NCBI GenBank assembly: GCA_947627505.1
Contig: CANQWG010000001.1
Coordinates: forward strand, 9,216-73,215
Length of the DNA stretch: 64,000 nucleotides
DNA from: an uncultured Bacilli bacterium
GTDB taxonomy: Bacteria > Bacillota_I > Bacilli_A > RFN20 > CAG-449
Direction of reading: 5' to 3'
In this document: positions 1 to 10,351 of the stretch, piece by piece
Numbering within the stretch: the stretch's first letter is position 1
Layout: every line of letters starts with the position of its first letter
The notes under the pieces: model-generated
What the model was told of the DNA's origin: nothing
Seen by the model: only the letters and a program-made list of their open reading frames with translations
Databases searched by the model: none
Position numbers and translations under genes: made by a program

Positions 1-1076
1 ATTATAAAAGAACATTTAATATTGAAAAAATCCTAGAACGTAATGTTTATAGTGGGAAAACTTTGGTTTATGAATATCCTAATACCTTACAAAAAGTGAA
101 AAAGCAGATATTTACTAGATTTGATATTTTAGTTACTAAGCGGCAATATGTAGGAAATAAATTATTTGAGCAAATCAGTATTCAACCTGCGGCTGAAGGT
201 TTATATCCTTTGAAAGCATCGGATAATCGATTGTTAGATACTGCTAAATATGGTGGTTATAACCATTTGGCTAATGGATTTTACTGTTTGGTTAAATCAC
301 TTGATAAAAAAGGTAAAGAATTTGTGTCGATTGAAGCGATGCAAAATATTTATGTTAAACCTACCGATTCAATAGAAAAGAAAAAAGAGTACTTAATCAA
401 AATAAAGAAGTTAAACAATCCGCAAATAATAAATGAATTATTACGGATCAATATGGTTATAGAGCAAGATCATAAAAAATTTTGTATTACCGGTAAAACA
501 AATGAAAGTCTTTTAATTCAAAATCTTAAACAAATTACTTTTGCTGAAAAAGAAATTAATTTATTTAAAAAGCTTTCAAAATTAAATAAAATTTGTATGG
601 AAAAAGGCTTAAAACTTAATAATAAAGATGATTCAAAAATAAAATCATATTTTAAAATAACCGAAGATCTTTCAAATCATGATAGTGAAATCGTGATAAG
701 TCCTGCAAAAAATGATAAAGTCCAAAAAATTACCTTAAAGGATTCGGAACTTATCGAAATGTATAAAATAATAGTCACAAAATTGAATAAAAATGTCTTA
801 AGCGAATATTCAAATTTAAATAAGATAAAGATTAATTTAGAAGATGAAAATTCTTTTGAAAAATTTAATAATCTAAATATCTTTTTAAAGGCTTATGTCA
901 TTACGGAAATGCTCAATTTAACTAAGTGTGATCGAGTTACTTCTGATTTATCTTTAATTGGATTATCTGCTAATTCAGGTGTATTAGTCATAAATAAAAA
1001 AATAACTGCGGGTATGCGAATAGTGAACGAATCTATAACCGGTTATTATCGAAAGGTAATCTATGAGGCAAAATAG
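1..1076 (+). CDS. cas9: Cas9 C-terminal portion (type II-A), truncated at the window edge. The frame is open from nt 3 to the stop at 1076, so the annotated TTG start at 63 is an artefact.
   Basis: Frame 0 has no stop from position 3 onward. A large protein immediately precedes cas1-cas2-csn2 and a CRISPR array. The C-terminal region is K/N-rich, consistent with a PAM-interacting domain. Confidence 0.7.
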   Translation, partial: YKRTFNIEKILERNVYSGKTLVYEYPNTLQKVKKQIFTRFDILVTKRQYVGNKLFEQISIQPAAEGLYPLKASDNRLLDTAKYGGYNHLANGFYCLVKSLDKKGKEFVSIEAMQNIYVKPTDSIEKKKEYLIKIKKLNNPQIINELLRINMVIEQDHKKFCITGKTNESLLIQNLKQITFAEKEINLFKKLSKLNKICMEKGLKLNNKDDSKIKSYFKITEDLSNHDSEIVISPAKNDKVQKITLKDSELIEMYKIIVTKLNKNVLSEYSNLNKIKINLEDENSFEKFNNLNIFLKAYVITEMLNLTKCDRVTSDLSLIGLSANSGVLVINKKITAGMRIVNESITGYYRKVIYEAK

Positions 1077-1949
1077 ATGAGTTTTAGAACGGTAGTAATA
1101 AAAAACAGATGTAAGTTAGAATATTCTTTAAATCAATTAATTTATCGAGGAGAGAATGAACTAAAAATAAATATAAATGAAATCACTAGTTTAATCATTC
1201 AAAGTTCCCAAGTAGCGATTACTAGCGCTCTTATTTCTAAATTGATTGAAAATAAAATAAAGGTTATATTTTGTGATTCCTATCACAATCCTCAATGTGA
1301 ATTAATACCTTATTATGGCAATTATAACGTAAAAGAAAAAATTACTACACAAATGTCGATTACAAAATCTTGTGCTGACATCACATGGAAAGAGATTGTT
1401 TATCAAAAGATTTTCAATCAATTACAAAATTTACAGTATAAAGGCTATGAATTGGCAAGCGAAAAACTTAAAGTATATTTAAATGAAATTGAAGTAGGAG
1501 ATATCAGTAATCGCGAAGGTCATGCAGCGAAAGTTTACTTTAATGCACTTTTTGGCAATACATTTTCTAGAGATCAAAAAAATGACATCAATGCTTTTTT
1601 AGATTACGGATATGCTATTTTGCTCTCTGCAATAAATCGTGAAATTAAAAACTTAGGATATTTAACTGAAATTGGTATTCATCATATTGGCAATACTAAT
1701 CCATTTAATCTCTCTTGCGATTTTATTGAACCTCTTCGACCTTTGGTTGATTTTTATGTGATTGCGGGAAAATTGAATATTGATAATTTCAAAAAAGAAT
1801 TAGTAAATTTATTGAATGTCAATGTCTTCATAGATGATAAAACAATGATATTGGATAACGCAATTAGGGTATATGTACAGTCCCTTTTTCAAGCATTAAT
1901 TAAAGAAGACATAAAGGAAATAAAATTTATTCAATATGAACGAGTATAG
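1077..1949 (+). CDS. cas1: CRISPR-associated endonuclease Cas1 (type II)
   Basis: 290 aa. The N-terminus (MSFRTVVIKNRCKLEY...) and overall length are typical of type II Cas1. The start abuts the cas9 stop, and the gene precedes cas2-csn2 and the array. Confidence 0.85.
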   Translation: MSFRTVVIKNRCKLEYSLNQLIYRGENELKININEITSLIIQSSQVAITSALISKLIENKIKVIFCDSYHNPQCELIPYYGNYNVKEKITTQMSITKSCADITWKEIVYQKIFNQLQNLQYKGYELASEKLKVYLNEIEVGDISNREGHAAKVYFNALFGNTFSRDQKNDINAFLDYGYAILLSAINREIKNLGYLTEIGIHHIGNTNPFNLSCDFIEPLRPLVDFYVIAGKLNIDNFKKELVNLLNVNVFIDDKTMILDNAIRVYVQSLFQALIKEDIKEIKFIQYERV

Positions 1950-2259
1950 ATATATGAGAATCATTTTGTTTTTCGATTTACCGGTAGAAAATAGTAAGCA
2001 ACGGAAAAATTATCGACTTTTTATTAAAACCTTAAAAATGAATGGATTTTTTCAAATGCAAAAATCTGTGTACTGCAAAATGAGTATTGATCCGCAAAAT
2101 GCTGAAAGTACTATCAATAGAATAAAAAGCAATATTCCTTCTGAAGGAATTATCACAGCGTTAACAGTCACTGAAAAACAATTTTCAAACATTAATTATT
2201 TATTGGGCGATTATAAGACAGAAGTACTGCAAACCGACGAAAGGTTGGTTGAGCTATGA
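1936..2259 (+). CDS. cas2: CRISPR-associated endoribonuclease Cas2
   Basis: 107 aa. Overlaps the cas1 3' end and sits in the cas1-cas2-csn2 position. Sequence is Cas2-like (MRIILFFDLPVENSKQRKNYRLF...). Confidence 0.8.
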   Translation: MNEYRYMRIILFFDLPVENSKQRKNYRLFIKTLKMNGFFQMQKSVYCKMSIDPQNAESTINRIKSNIPSEGIITALTVTEKQFSNINYLLGDYKTEVLQTDERLVEL

Positions 2260-2915
2260 TATATTTAAGATTTAAACAAATTGATTATCAATTTGTTATA
2301 AATAATAACATTTGCCATTACTTGGTTGTTGAAAACCAACATTTATTTGCTGAATTATTGAATAATCTCATGATGTATGATGAAGAAAGTATCTTTCTTT
2401 CAGATAATTATCAAATTATTAATTTAAAAAAAGAAATGTTTATTATAGAAAACATTTTAAATTTTGAAATAAATAATAAAAAGTATATAAACCAATTATA
2501 TAATTATATTGATAAAAGCAATTCTAATCAAAATATGGCTCAAAAGCTTGCTGCAGTTAATGTGTTATTGTCAGAAATAATTGCGGAGGTTAAGTTAGAT
2601 ACTAACATCACTTTAGAATATAAAGAAGTAATTAATTTAATTGATATTTTACAAATGTTTGATATAAAAGTTGATCTTGATAATACCGATTTAATCCATA
2701 AATTATTGATTTATATCAAATTTATTGGACTAATTTACAATACAAAGGTTATTATTATCCCATTTTTAGATTCTTTTTTAACTCCTCAAGAAATTCTAAC
2801 TCTTATTCAAGAAGTTTCTTTGCTAGAAATATGCATTTTTATACTTAGTCCATATGATAAATCGTTATTAAATGTAAATAGAGTAATTGTTGATAATGAT
2901 TTATGCTTAATATAG
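2256..2915 (+). CDS. csn2: Csn2 (type II-A specific adaptation protein)
   Basis: 219 aa, the short Csn2 class. The motif ICHYLVVENQHLFAELLNNLMMYDEESIFLSD resembles the S. thermophilus Csn2 N-terminus. It is the last cas gene before the leader and array. Confidence 0.75.
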   Translation: MIYLRFKQIDYQFVINNNICHYLVVENQHLFAELLNNLMMYDEESIFLSDNYQIINLKKEMFIIENILNFEINNKKYINQLYNYIDKSNSNQNMAQKLAAVNVLLSEIIAEVKLDTNITLEYKEVINLIDILQMFDIKVDLDNTDLIHKLLIYIKFIGLIYNTKVIIIPFLDSFLTPQEILTLIQEVSLLEICIFILSPYDKSLLNVNRVIVDNDLCLI

Positions 2916-2982
2916 AATAAAATTGATTAGATATTTTATTTAATAACTAGAAAAAGTTTGTACTAAAAGCCTTTAATTTGAG
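2916..2982 (+). promoter_or_regulatory. CRISPR leader (AT-rich, 67 bp) between the csn2 stop and the first repeat
   Basis: Called from its position. The terminal degenerate repeat is at the far end, so this end is leader-proximal. Confidence 0.4.
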
Positions 2983-5332
2983 GTTTGAGAGTAATGTTAA
3001 ATAAGGTATCTAATTAACTAGCCATTTCTAGGCAACAAGAAAAGAAGTGTTTGAGAGTAATGTTAAATAAGGTATCTAATTAACTATATTATTAGCAGAT
3101 ATGCACCACGTATCTGTTTGAGAGTAATGTTAAATAAGGTATCTAATTAACTCAAACGGGGGGGGACGCTTCCAGAATTTCGTTTGAGAGTAATGTTAAA
3201 TAAGGTATCTAATTAACTGACTCTATTTTTGTTTTTTACTACTCATCGTTTGAGAGTAATGTTAAATAAGGTATCTAATTAACTGTGGTTTTCATTCCAC
3301 ATATAAGGAGGATGTTTGAGAGTAATGTTAAATAAGGTATCTAATTAACATCTTTTGGCGGGTCCGCGTTGCCTGAATTGTTTGAGAGTAATGTTAAATA
3401 AGGTATCTAATTAACAAGCGCCACCAATATTCTAGCGGATACGTCGTTTGAGAGTAATGTTAAATAAGGTATCTAATTAACGATAAATATAACTATGATG
3501 TTTTAAGGCCTGTTTGAGAGTAATGTTAAATAAGGTATCTAATTAACTAAATACGCAGGACGTCCACCTTATCAAGAGTTTGAGAGTAATGTTAAATAAG
3601 GTATCTAATTAACATTTTCAAAAATTAAAAGCTTCAAGAAAAAGTTTGAGAGTAATGTTAAATAAGGTATCTAATTAACATTCCACCTCCTAAAATAGCA
3701 TCCAACGAAGTTTGAGAGTAATGTTAAATAAGGTATCTAATTAACATTTGCGACATATTGTTCGCCTTGCTCATTGTTTGAGAGTAATGTTAAATAAGGT
3801 ATCTAATTAACCAAACGGGGGGACTGATTCCAGAATTTTAGGTTTGAGAGTAATGTTAAATAAGGTATCTAATTAACGATATTAGCGGTATTTCGATTAT
3901 TAGGTGGGTTTGAGAGTAATGTTAAATAAGGTATCTAATTAACTTATTTATTCCTACTTAGTTAATAAGTCTTGTTTGAGAGTAATGTTAAATAAGGTAT
4001 CTAATTAACTGATTTTGTCGACGTTAGTAAACATTTTTCTGTTTGAGAGTAATGTTAAATAAGGTATCTAATTAACCCTAAGCGCCTTTAATCGCTCCAC
4101 GTTTGCGTTTGAGAGTAATGTTAAATAAGGTATCTAATTAACTCAGAGTCCCATATTGTCGCGACTTTAGTCGGTTTGAGAGTAATGTTAAATAAGGTAT
4201 CTAATTAACAAATATTTTATTTTTAATCATGCATACCTCGTTTGAGAGTAATGTTAAATAAGGTATCTAATTAACTCAAACGACGAGCTAGACGAGTTAT
4301 ATTACGTTTGAGAGTAATGTTAAATAAGGTATCTAATTAACAAGTAAGTAGATAAAACATCACTACCGGCGGGTTTGAGAGTAATGTTAAATAAGGTATC
4401 TAATTAACATGAATCCTCTAACAAATCGAATGAATCCAGTTTGAGAGTAATGTTAAATAAGGTATCTAATTAACAGAACTAAAAGAAGTTTCATTGTCAT
4501 TCATGTTTGAGAGTAATGTTAAATAAGGTATCTAATTAACATATTTGAGCGCGATAACTAATACCATACAGTTTGAGAGTAATGTTAAATAAGGTATCTA
4601 ATTAACCGTTAACAAAAACATCGCCTCAGACGCGCAGTTTGAGAGTAATGTTAAATAAGGTATCTAATTAACTGATAAACTTCAGAGCAAACCAAAGCAT
4701 TAAGTTTGAGAGTAATGTTAAATAAGGTATCTAATTAACCTTAACGATGACTTTTAACGATGTCACGTTGTTTGAGAGTAATGTTAAATAAGGTATCTAA
4801 TTAACAAACGACGATTCAGAGCGGAGGATAAGGAGGTTTGAGAGTAATGTTAAATAAGGTATCTAATTAACCCTCACTATATCCATCTCCTTTACCGAGA
4901 CGTTTGAGAGTAATGTTAAATAAGGTATCTAATTAACATTTCTAAATGAATAATAATAATCATCGATGTTTGAGAGTAATGTTAAATAAGGTATCTAATT
5001 AACAAAAGAAATTATATAAAGAAAATTTTATCTGTTTGAGAGTAATGTTAAATAAGGTATCTAATTAACGAGGTGGAATATGCAAGCAATAATTAATTTG
5101 TTTGAGAGTAATGTTAAATAAGGTATCTAATTAACGATGTTCAACGCGACAAAGTAATCAGGACAGTTTGAGAGTAATGTTAAATAAGGTATCTAATTAA
5201 CCTCCACGTGTAGCGTTGTAAGAAAGAATATGTTTGAGAGTAATGTTAAATAAGGTATCTAATTAACTGGTGTTAATTCTTCACAATGGCTATGTAGTTT
5301 GAGAGTAATGTTAAATAAGGTAATTAAATTAT
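2983..5332 (+). CRISPR. CRISPR array: 36 direct repeats of GTTTGAGAGTAATGTTAAATAAGGTATCTAATTAAC (36 bp) with 35 spacers of 30-31 bp. The last repeat is degenerate (…GGTAATTAAATT).
   Basis: Perfect ~66-bp periodicity read directly in the sequence. The repeat starts GTTTGAGAG, as type II-A repeats do. Confidence 0.97.
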
Positions 5333-5363
5333 AAAGAAATAAATTTAGATTGAGAACATATGT

Positions 5364-6287
5364 ATGATTATTAATACTGGTCAAAGAACAGACATTCCGG
5401 CATTTTATGCAAAATGGTTTATCAATCGGATTCGTGATGGTTATGTTTATGTACGAAATCCATATTATCCAAATCTTGTAACTAAATTCATTTTAGACCC
5501 TAAGATTGTTGACGTTATTGCTTTTTGTACAAAAAATCCTCGACCGATGTTTTTGTATCTAGATGAATTAAGCCGTTATGGTCAATTATGGTATGTAACT
5601 ATAACAGGATTTGAAAAGGATATAGAGCCAAATGTTCCATCAATTAATGAAGTTATCCAAGATTTTCAATATTTATCAAAAAAAATCGGAAGCGATTCTA
5701 TTGGGTGGAGATATACTCCGATTATCATTAATGAAAAATATACTATTCAATGGCATATCGAAACTTTTGAATATATCGCTTCTCATTTAGAGGGTTATAC
5801 TTCTTTAGTGGTTTTCGGATTTGTTGATCTTTATGATAAGGTTAAAAAAAGACATCCGGAATTTAAAGAGTGTTCTTCTGAAGATAAAATTTATCTAGCA
5901 AAAGAATTTTTACGAATCGCTCAAATGCATCATTTTTCTTTAAGGTTATGCTCCAAAGAGAAATGGTTAAGTGAGTATGGAATTGATGTTGATGGGTGCA
6001 TGCGAATCGAAGATTACGAAAGGGCCATTCATAAACATTTAAATATCAAAAAAAAGATGCAAGCAAGAAAAGGATATTGTGCATGTTATCTTTCAAATGA
6101 TATAGGGGCGTACAATAGTTGCCCACATTTTTGCCAATATTGTTATGCTAATTGTGAAAAACAAATAGTATTAGATAACTATAAAAAGCATGATGACAAT
6201 TCATCATTTTTAATTGGTAATTTAAAGAAAGACGATCGTATTACTGAAGCTAAACAAGAAACTTTTATAGAAATTTCATTGTTCTAA
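5364..6287 (+). CDS. DUF1848-like protein (N-terminal RTDIPAFY motif, C-terminal Cys cluster CxxxxC…CxYCYANC)
   Basis: 307 aa. The N-terminal motif and C-terminal Cys-rich region match my recollection of the DUF1848 family. Function unknown. Confidence 0.5.
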   Translation: MIINTGQRTDIPAFYAKWFINRIRDGYVYVRNPYYPNLVTKFILDPKIVDVIAFCTKNPRPMFLYLDELSRYGQLWYVTITGFEKDIEPNVPSINEVIQDFQYLSKKIGSDSIGWRYTPIIINEKYTIQWHIETFEYIASHLEGYTSLVVFGFVDLYDKVKKRHPEFKECSSEDKIYLAKEFLRIAQMHHFSLRLCSKEKWLSEYGIDVDGCMRIEDYERAIHKHLNIKKKMQARKGYCACYLSNDIGAYNSCPHFCQYCYANCEKQIVLDNYKKHDDNSSFLIGNLKKDDRITEAKQETFIEISLF

Positions 6288-6453
6288 AATATTTTTAGAT
6301 TGATAGTAAAAAAGCAGAATAACTATTATAAGGCTATTTTGTTTTTTTTTAGCTTTAATTAGTGTGCTAAGGTTAATTGCTTTTTCTTTATAAAAAATGT
6401 GTTAATTGAAACTGTAAAAAAACTTTACTTTGCTTATTGCTATAACGTTATAG

Positions 6454-7656
6454 TTGTTTTATACTGAGATTATGGAGAAAGTATTTATGAAAAAAACACT
6501 TGTAAATGTAAGCGCTATCATATTCCTCCTGCTGTCGTTTATGGTTTCATGCACTAACAATGTTAGTAGTGAAGAAGTAACAACATCGATAGGATCTACA
6601 CCCGAAGAAACGATTAGGGTTAGTACTAAAAATTCTTATAGTAATCCGACTTATCAGTTAGCAAATGGTATTAAAACTCCAACATATACAGCGGATCCGT
6701 TTGTGGTTCGTGATAGTGATGGAACATACTATTTGTATTGTACTCAAACTGATGCTTATACTCCAAATCTAACATTTCAAAGAGGACCTACATGGAAATC
6801 TATAAATCTCGTTGATTGGGAATATGTGAGTGATGTATTTGCCGATTATAACCCTACGTGGGGAACTATGGGTGCCGGTGTATGGGCGCCGACTGTAGTT
6901 AAGATTAATGATACTTGGAATTTCTATTACTCTTTATCAACCGGAGGTGATGCAAATCCGGGAATCGGAGTAGCGACAAGTCCTACTCCATATGGTCCTT
7001 GGACCCACTATGGGAAGTTATTTAATTCTGAAGAAATAGGCGTCACTAATTCTATTGATCCATATGTATTTTTGGATGATGGAAAAGTTTATATGGTTTT
7101 TGGTTCTTTTGGAGGATTAATTACTTTAATAGAATTGACTGCTGATGGACTTGGTTTAAAAAACGGAATCGAATATCAAAAAGAAAATAAAATTGCCATA
7201 GCGGGTTATGAAGTCTTTGATTTAAATAATTACGAAGGAACCTTTATTTTAAAAAAAGACGGTTATTATTATCTATTTTTATCAACCGGTTCATGTTGCA
7301 GTGGAGTAAACTCGACCTATAAAGTTGTTGTTGCACGTAGCGAAAAATTAGAGGGACCTTATATTGATAGTAATGGTAAAGGTATGTTTAAACCGAATTG
7401 TGGCGATCCGGTTGTCGTTCCTTCTTTAAGTGGGGCTATGGGAACAGGCCATTGTGCGATTATAAATGACGATAATGATAATCTTTGGATGTTGTACCAT
7501 GGCTATGATACGACAAGTGCGACCAAAGATTCGCGAGTTTTATATCTTGATCGATTGATTTTCGACGAAGATACCAAAATGCCGCATGTAGAAAATTACA
7601 AAGCTTCTAACCATGAAGTTTTAGATGGTCCTTATATACGACAATTGGAGGAATAG
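6454..7656 (+). CDS. Glycoside hydrolase family 43 lipoprotein (arabinanase / xylosidase-like)
   Basis: Signal peptide with lipobox (…FMVSCTNN). GH43 motifs ADPFVVRD…YYLYCT and WAPTVVKINDTWNFYYS. Confidence 0.75.
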   Translation: MFYTEIMEKVFMKKTLVNVSAIIFLLLSFMVSCTNNVSSEEVTTSIGSTPEETIRVSTKNSYSNPTYQLANGIKTPTYTADPFVVRDSDGTYYLYCTQTDAYTPNLTFQRGPTWKSINLVDWEYVSDVFADYNPTWGTMGAGVWAPTVVKINDTWNFYYSLSTGGDANPGIGVATSPTPYGPWTHYGKLFNSEEIGVTNSIDPYVFLDDGKVYMVFGSFGGLITLIELTADGLGLKNGIEYQKENKIAIAGYEVFDLNNYEGTFILKKDGYYYLFLSTGSCCSGVNSTYKVVVARSEKLEGPYIDSNGKGMFKPNCGDPVVVPSLSGAMGTGHCAIINDDNDNLWMLYHGYDTTSATKDSRVLYLDRLIFDEDTKMPHVENYKASNHEVLDGPYIRQLEE

Positions 7657-7657
7657 T

Positions 7658-8833
7658 ATGAAAATAAAAGGATATATTTCCCTATTTGTTTTGATGATGT
7701 TGATGGTGGGGTGCAGTCAAATAACAACGGATAGTGCAACTACGGAGATGACTTCTTCTGAAGATAGTTCAATTCAAGATAAGATTATCCATAAAACTTA
7801 TCAAAATCCATTAAGGTTTTATAAGCAAGATGGTAGTGAATATTTTGTCGGAGCCGCTGATCCCGATGTGCTTAAAGGAGATGACGGATATTTCTACATG
7901 TATTGTACAAACACTTATTGCGAAATGGGTAATAAAGGAATGAATTATGACCGCGGACCAATTTTCAGAAGTGAAGATTTAATAAATTGGAGCTGGGTTG
8001 GAAGTGTTTTTGATGGTTATAGTAACGCGCTGGATTGGGGTGATAAAGATGCGGGTGTATGGGCGCCATCAGTGATAAAAGTCGGTGATAAATACAATTA
8101 TTATTATTCGTTATCTTTATGGGGAGATCCTAATCCGGGAATTGGAGTAGCGACAAGTCCTACCCCATATGGTCCTTGGACACACTACGGGAAGTTGCTT
8201 GATTCAACTCTTTCGGGTGTCAGCAATTCTATTGATCCACAGCCTTTTTATGACAATGGTCAATTGTATATTTTATGGGGCTCTTTTTATGGTATTGGAA
8301 TAACTGAATTGACTGATGATGGTACTGAAGTATTTTATGGATTAGACGATCTTAAAAATCATGTACATTATCTCGTTGCCGATAATTCGGGCGGTAGTAT
8401 GGACATTGAAAAAAATTACGAAGGCTCTTATGTCATAAAAAAGGATAATACCTATTACTATTTTGGTTCTCAAGGTGTGTGTTGCGGAGGAAGAACTTCT
8501 ACGTACCGCGTAAAAGTAGGAAAATCCAGTAATTTGTTTGGTCCATATTATGATTCTTCAGGAGAGACACTAGATAAAGGTAATTATGGAGATCTAGTGA
8601 TTGGTCCAAGTGATTTAGTGGCCGGAGTTGGTCATAACACTGTTGTCCAAGATTACGAAGGCGAATATTGGTTATTTTATCACGGATATGACGTAAATGG
8701 AGAATACCCCGATGAAAGAACCATATTAATGGATAAATTATTGTGGGATGAAAATACAGGGATGCCATATGTAAAAGATCATAAAGCATCGATTTATGAA
8801 GATTTAGTAGGTCCGGCAGTTAAAGAATTTTAG
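7658..8833 (+). CDS. Glycoside hydrolase family 43 lipoprotein, tandem paralogue of 6454-7656
   Basis: Lipobox MLMVGCSQ. Shares the NPGIGVATSPTPYGPWTHYGKL block with the upstream gene. The ATG at 7658 is preceded by GGAGGAATAGT. Confidence 0.75.
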   Translation: MKIKGYISLFVLMMLMVGCSQITTDSATTEMTSSEDSSIQDKIIHKTYQNPLRFYKQDGSEYFVGAADPDVLKGDDGYFYMYCTNTYCEMGNKGMNYDRGPIFRSEDLINWSWVGSVFDGYSNALDWGDKDAGVWAPSVIKVGDKYNYYYSLSLWGDPNPGIGVATSPTPYGPWTHYGKLLDSTLSGVSNSIDPQPFYDNGQLYILWGSFYGIGITELTDDGTEVFYGLDDLKNHVHYLVADNSGGSMDIEKNYEGSYVIKKDNTYYYFGSQGVCCGGRTSTYRVKVGKSSNLFGPYYDSSGETLDKGNYGDLVIGPSDLVAGVGHNTVVQDYEGEYWLFYHGYDVNGEYPDERTILMDKLLWDENTGMPYVKDHKASIYEDLVGPAVKEF

Positions 8834-8845
8834 GAGGTAAAAAAA

Positions 8846-10342
8846 GTGAAAAGAAAAGCTTACTCATTGTTTGTTTTAGCGGCTGTTTTAAGTTTAATGG
8901 GCTGTAACAATAGCAACAATGAAATTTCATCAGTCAATCTTAGTGACGAAGGCGATTTAGTTCGCGATGAGAATGGAAACATTGTCTATGAAAATGTCAA
9001 ATTGAAACTTTGGTCAGTTACAACCGGCGATGATGCTGCAGTACAAGATACGATTATTAATCGATTTAATCAACTTTATAACGGAATGATTAATGTTGAA
9101 GTAACCCATCATTCTCGTTATGACATTGAATCGTTATTGGCCAACACTATGAATTTTGATAAAGACAATGCTCCGAATTTAATTTTCAATCATGGTAGTA
9201 AGGCGGTTGAATATGCTAATAATAAGTGGATTTATGATGTAACTCCATTTTTCGAAAAATCGGAGATTCAATTTGATAAAGAGGATTTTGCCAGTTCTTT
9301 ATTAGATGCGGTGACTTTAGATGGAGCGACATATGGAATGCCGATCGATTGTCATAGTGTAATGATGGAAATGCGACTAGATATTTTAGAAAAGAATAAT
9401 CTAAAAGTTCCGACCAACTATTATGAATTAGTGGAAGTTTGTGATGAAGCTGCAGAATTGGCACAAAACAATAATTTATGGATTCGCGGTGAAAATTCAC
9501 AAGGTTATGATGCTATAACATGGCGAAAAGCCTCAAATGCAGAAGAGTACACAGCCTTTCCGATATCGTTTGGTGATATGTGGGTACATGAATTTTTCGG
9601 ATATACGGCGGCAATTCAAAATGGCGGTTCTTTAGTGAATCCCGAAAATCAATATCCGGGATGGTACTCTCAAGAATCGGTTAATGGTTTACAAGTTTTG
9701 AAAGATTGGATTTTCCCGACTGAAACAAGCGTAAATAAAAATCCGCTTTCAAAGGATTATGGTTCTTCCTACGATGTTGGCGATGAACCATTTAGAAATG
9801 GCTCGGCAATTTTTAAATTACAAGGACCTTGGTCTTATCAAAATGACTTAAATGATTTTGATCGTACGTTAGCTAAAGATGGTGGAAGCGATAATATTAC
9901 AACTCGCAATATCGGTAAAATGCTAGCGCTCGATGATTCCAAACCATATGCAAGTAAAATCAAAGGCGAAGGTCACGCTTTGATGATGGTCAGTACGACA
10001 ACATCTTTAACTAAATTATGCGCTGAAACAGTATTTATGGATTATATTGCATATTCAAGTGGCATTGAATGGGCTAAACGCGGCCATATTCCGGCAGTTA
10101 ATTCGGTTGCTCAATCGGAAGATTATCGAAATGATCCTGAATACGATAAATACATCAAATATTGGGGTGCACCAGAAGATTATGTGGTCGTGCCACCGAC
10201 AAAATTTTACACCCATATCGACAATTATTTTAAAGGAGCATTACAAAAGATTTTAGCTGCTTCTTTCAAAGATCAATCGATCGATTCGATTTTAAAACAA
10301 GAATATGAAGATTGTATTGCATATATCAACCTTTATTCATAG
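8846..10342 (+). CDS. ABC transporter extracellular sugar-binding lipoprotein (SBP family 1)
   Basis: 498 aa with lipobox LSLMGCNN. It is followed by two permeases and an ATPase. Confidence 0.75.
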   Translation: MKRKAYSLFVLAAVLSLMGCNNSNNEISSVNLSDEGDLVRDENGNIVYENVKLKLWSVTTGDDAAVQDTIINRFNQLYNGMINVEVTHHSRYDIESLLANTMNFDKDNAPNLIFNHGSKAVEYANNKWIYDVTPFFEKSEIQFDKEDFASSLLDAVTLDGATYGMPIDCHSVMMEMRLDILEKNNLKVPTNYYELVEVCDEAAELAQNNNLWIRGENSQGYDAITWRKASNAEEYTAFPISFGDMWVHEFFGYTAAIQNGGSLVNPENQYPGWYSQESVNGLQVLKDWIFPTETSVNKNPLSKDYGSSYDVGDEPFRNGSAIFKLQGPWSYQNDLNDFDRTLAKDGGSDNITTRNIGKMLALDDSKPYASKIKGEGHALMMVSTTTSLTKLCAETVFMDYIAYSSGIEWAKRGHIPAVNSVAQSEDYRNDPEYDKYIKYWGAPEDYVVVPPTKFYTHIDNYFKGALQKILAASFKDQSIDSILKQEYEDCIAYINLYS

Positions 10343-10351
10343 AGGAAAAAA

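Noticed and set aside
63-1076. Annotated TTG start for the first ORF
   Set aside because: The frame is open back to nt 3 of the window, so this is simply the 3' part of a longer cas9 gene, not an independent 337-aa gene.
3152-3841. Self-targeting of the resident prophage by spacers 3 and 13
   Set aside because: Similarity to the prophage methyltransferase is partial (diverged flanks, different G-run length, a 3-nt indel). These spacers match a related allele, not this prophage.
6390-6445. Possible tracrRNA anti-repeat (GTTAATTGAAACTGTAAAAAAACTTTACTTTGC) in the promoter region of the GH43 gene
   Set aside because: It shares only GTTAATT plus scattered matches with the reverse complement of the repeat. 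No convincing ~20-nt duplex with the 5' part of the repeat could be formed. The tracrRNA is more likely upstream of cas9, outside the window.
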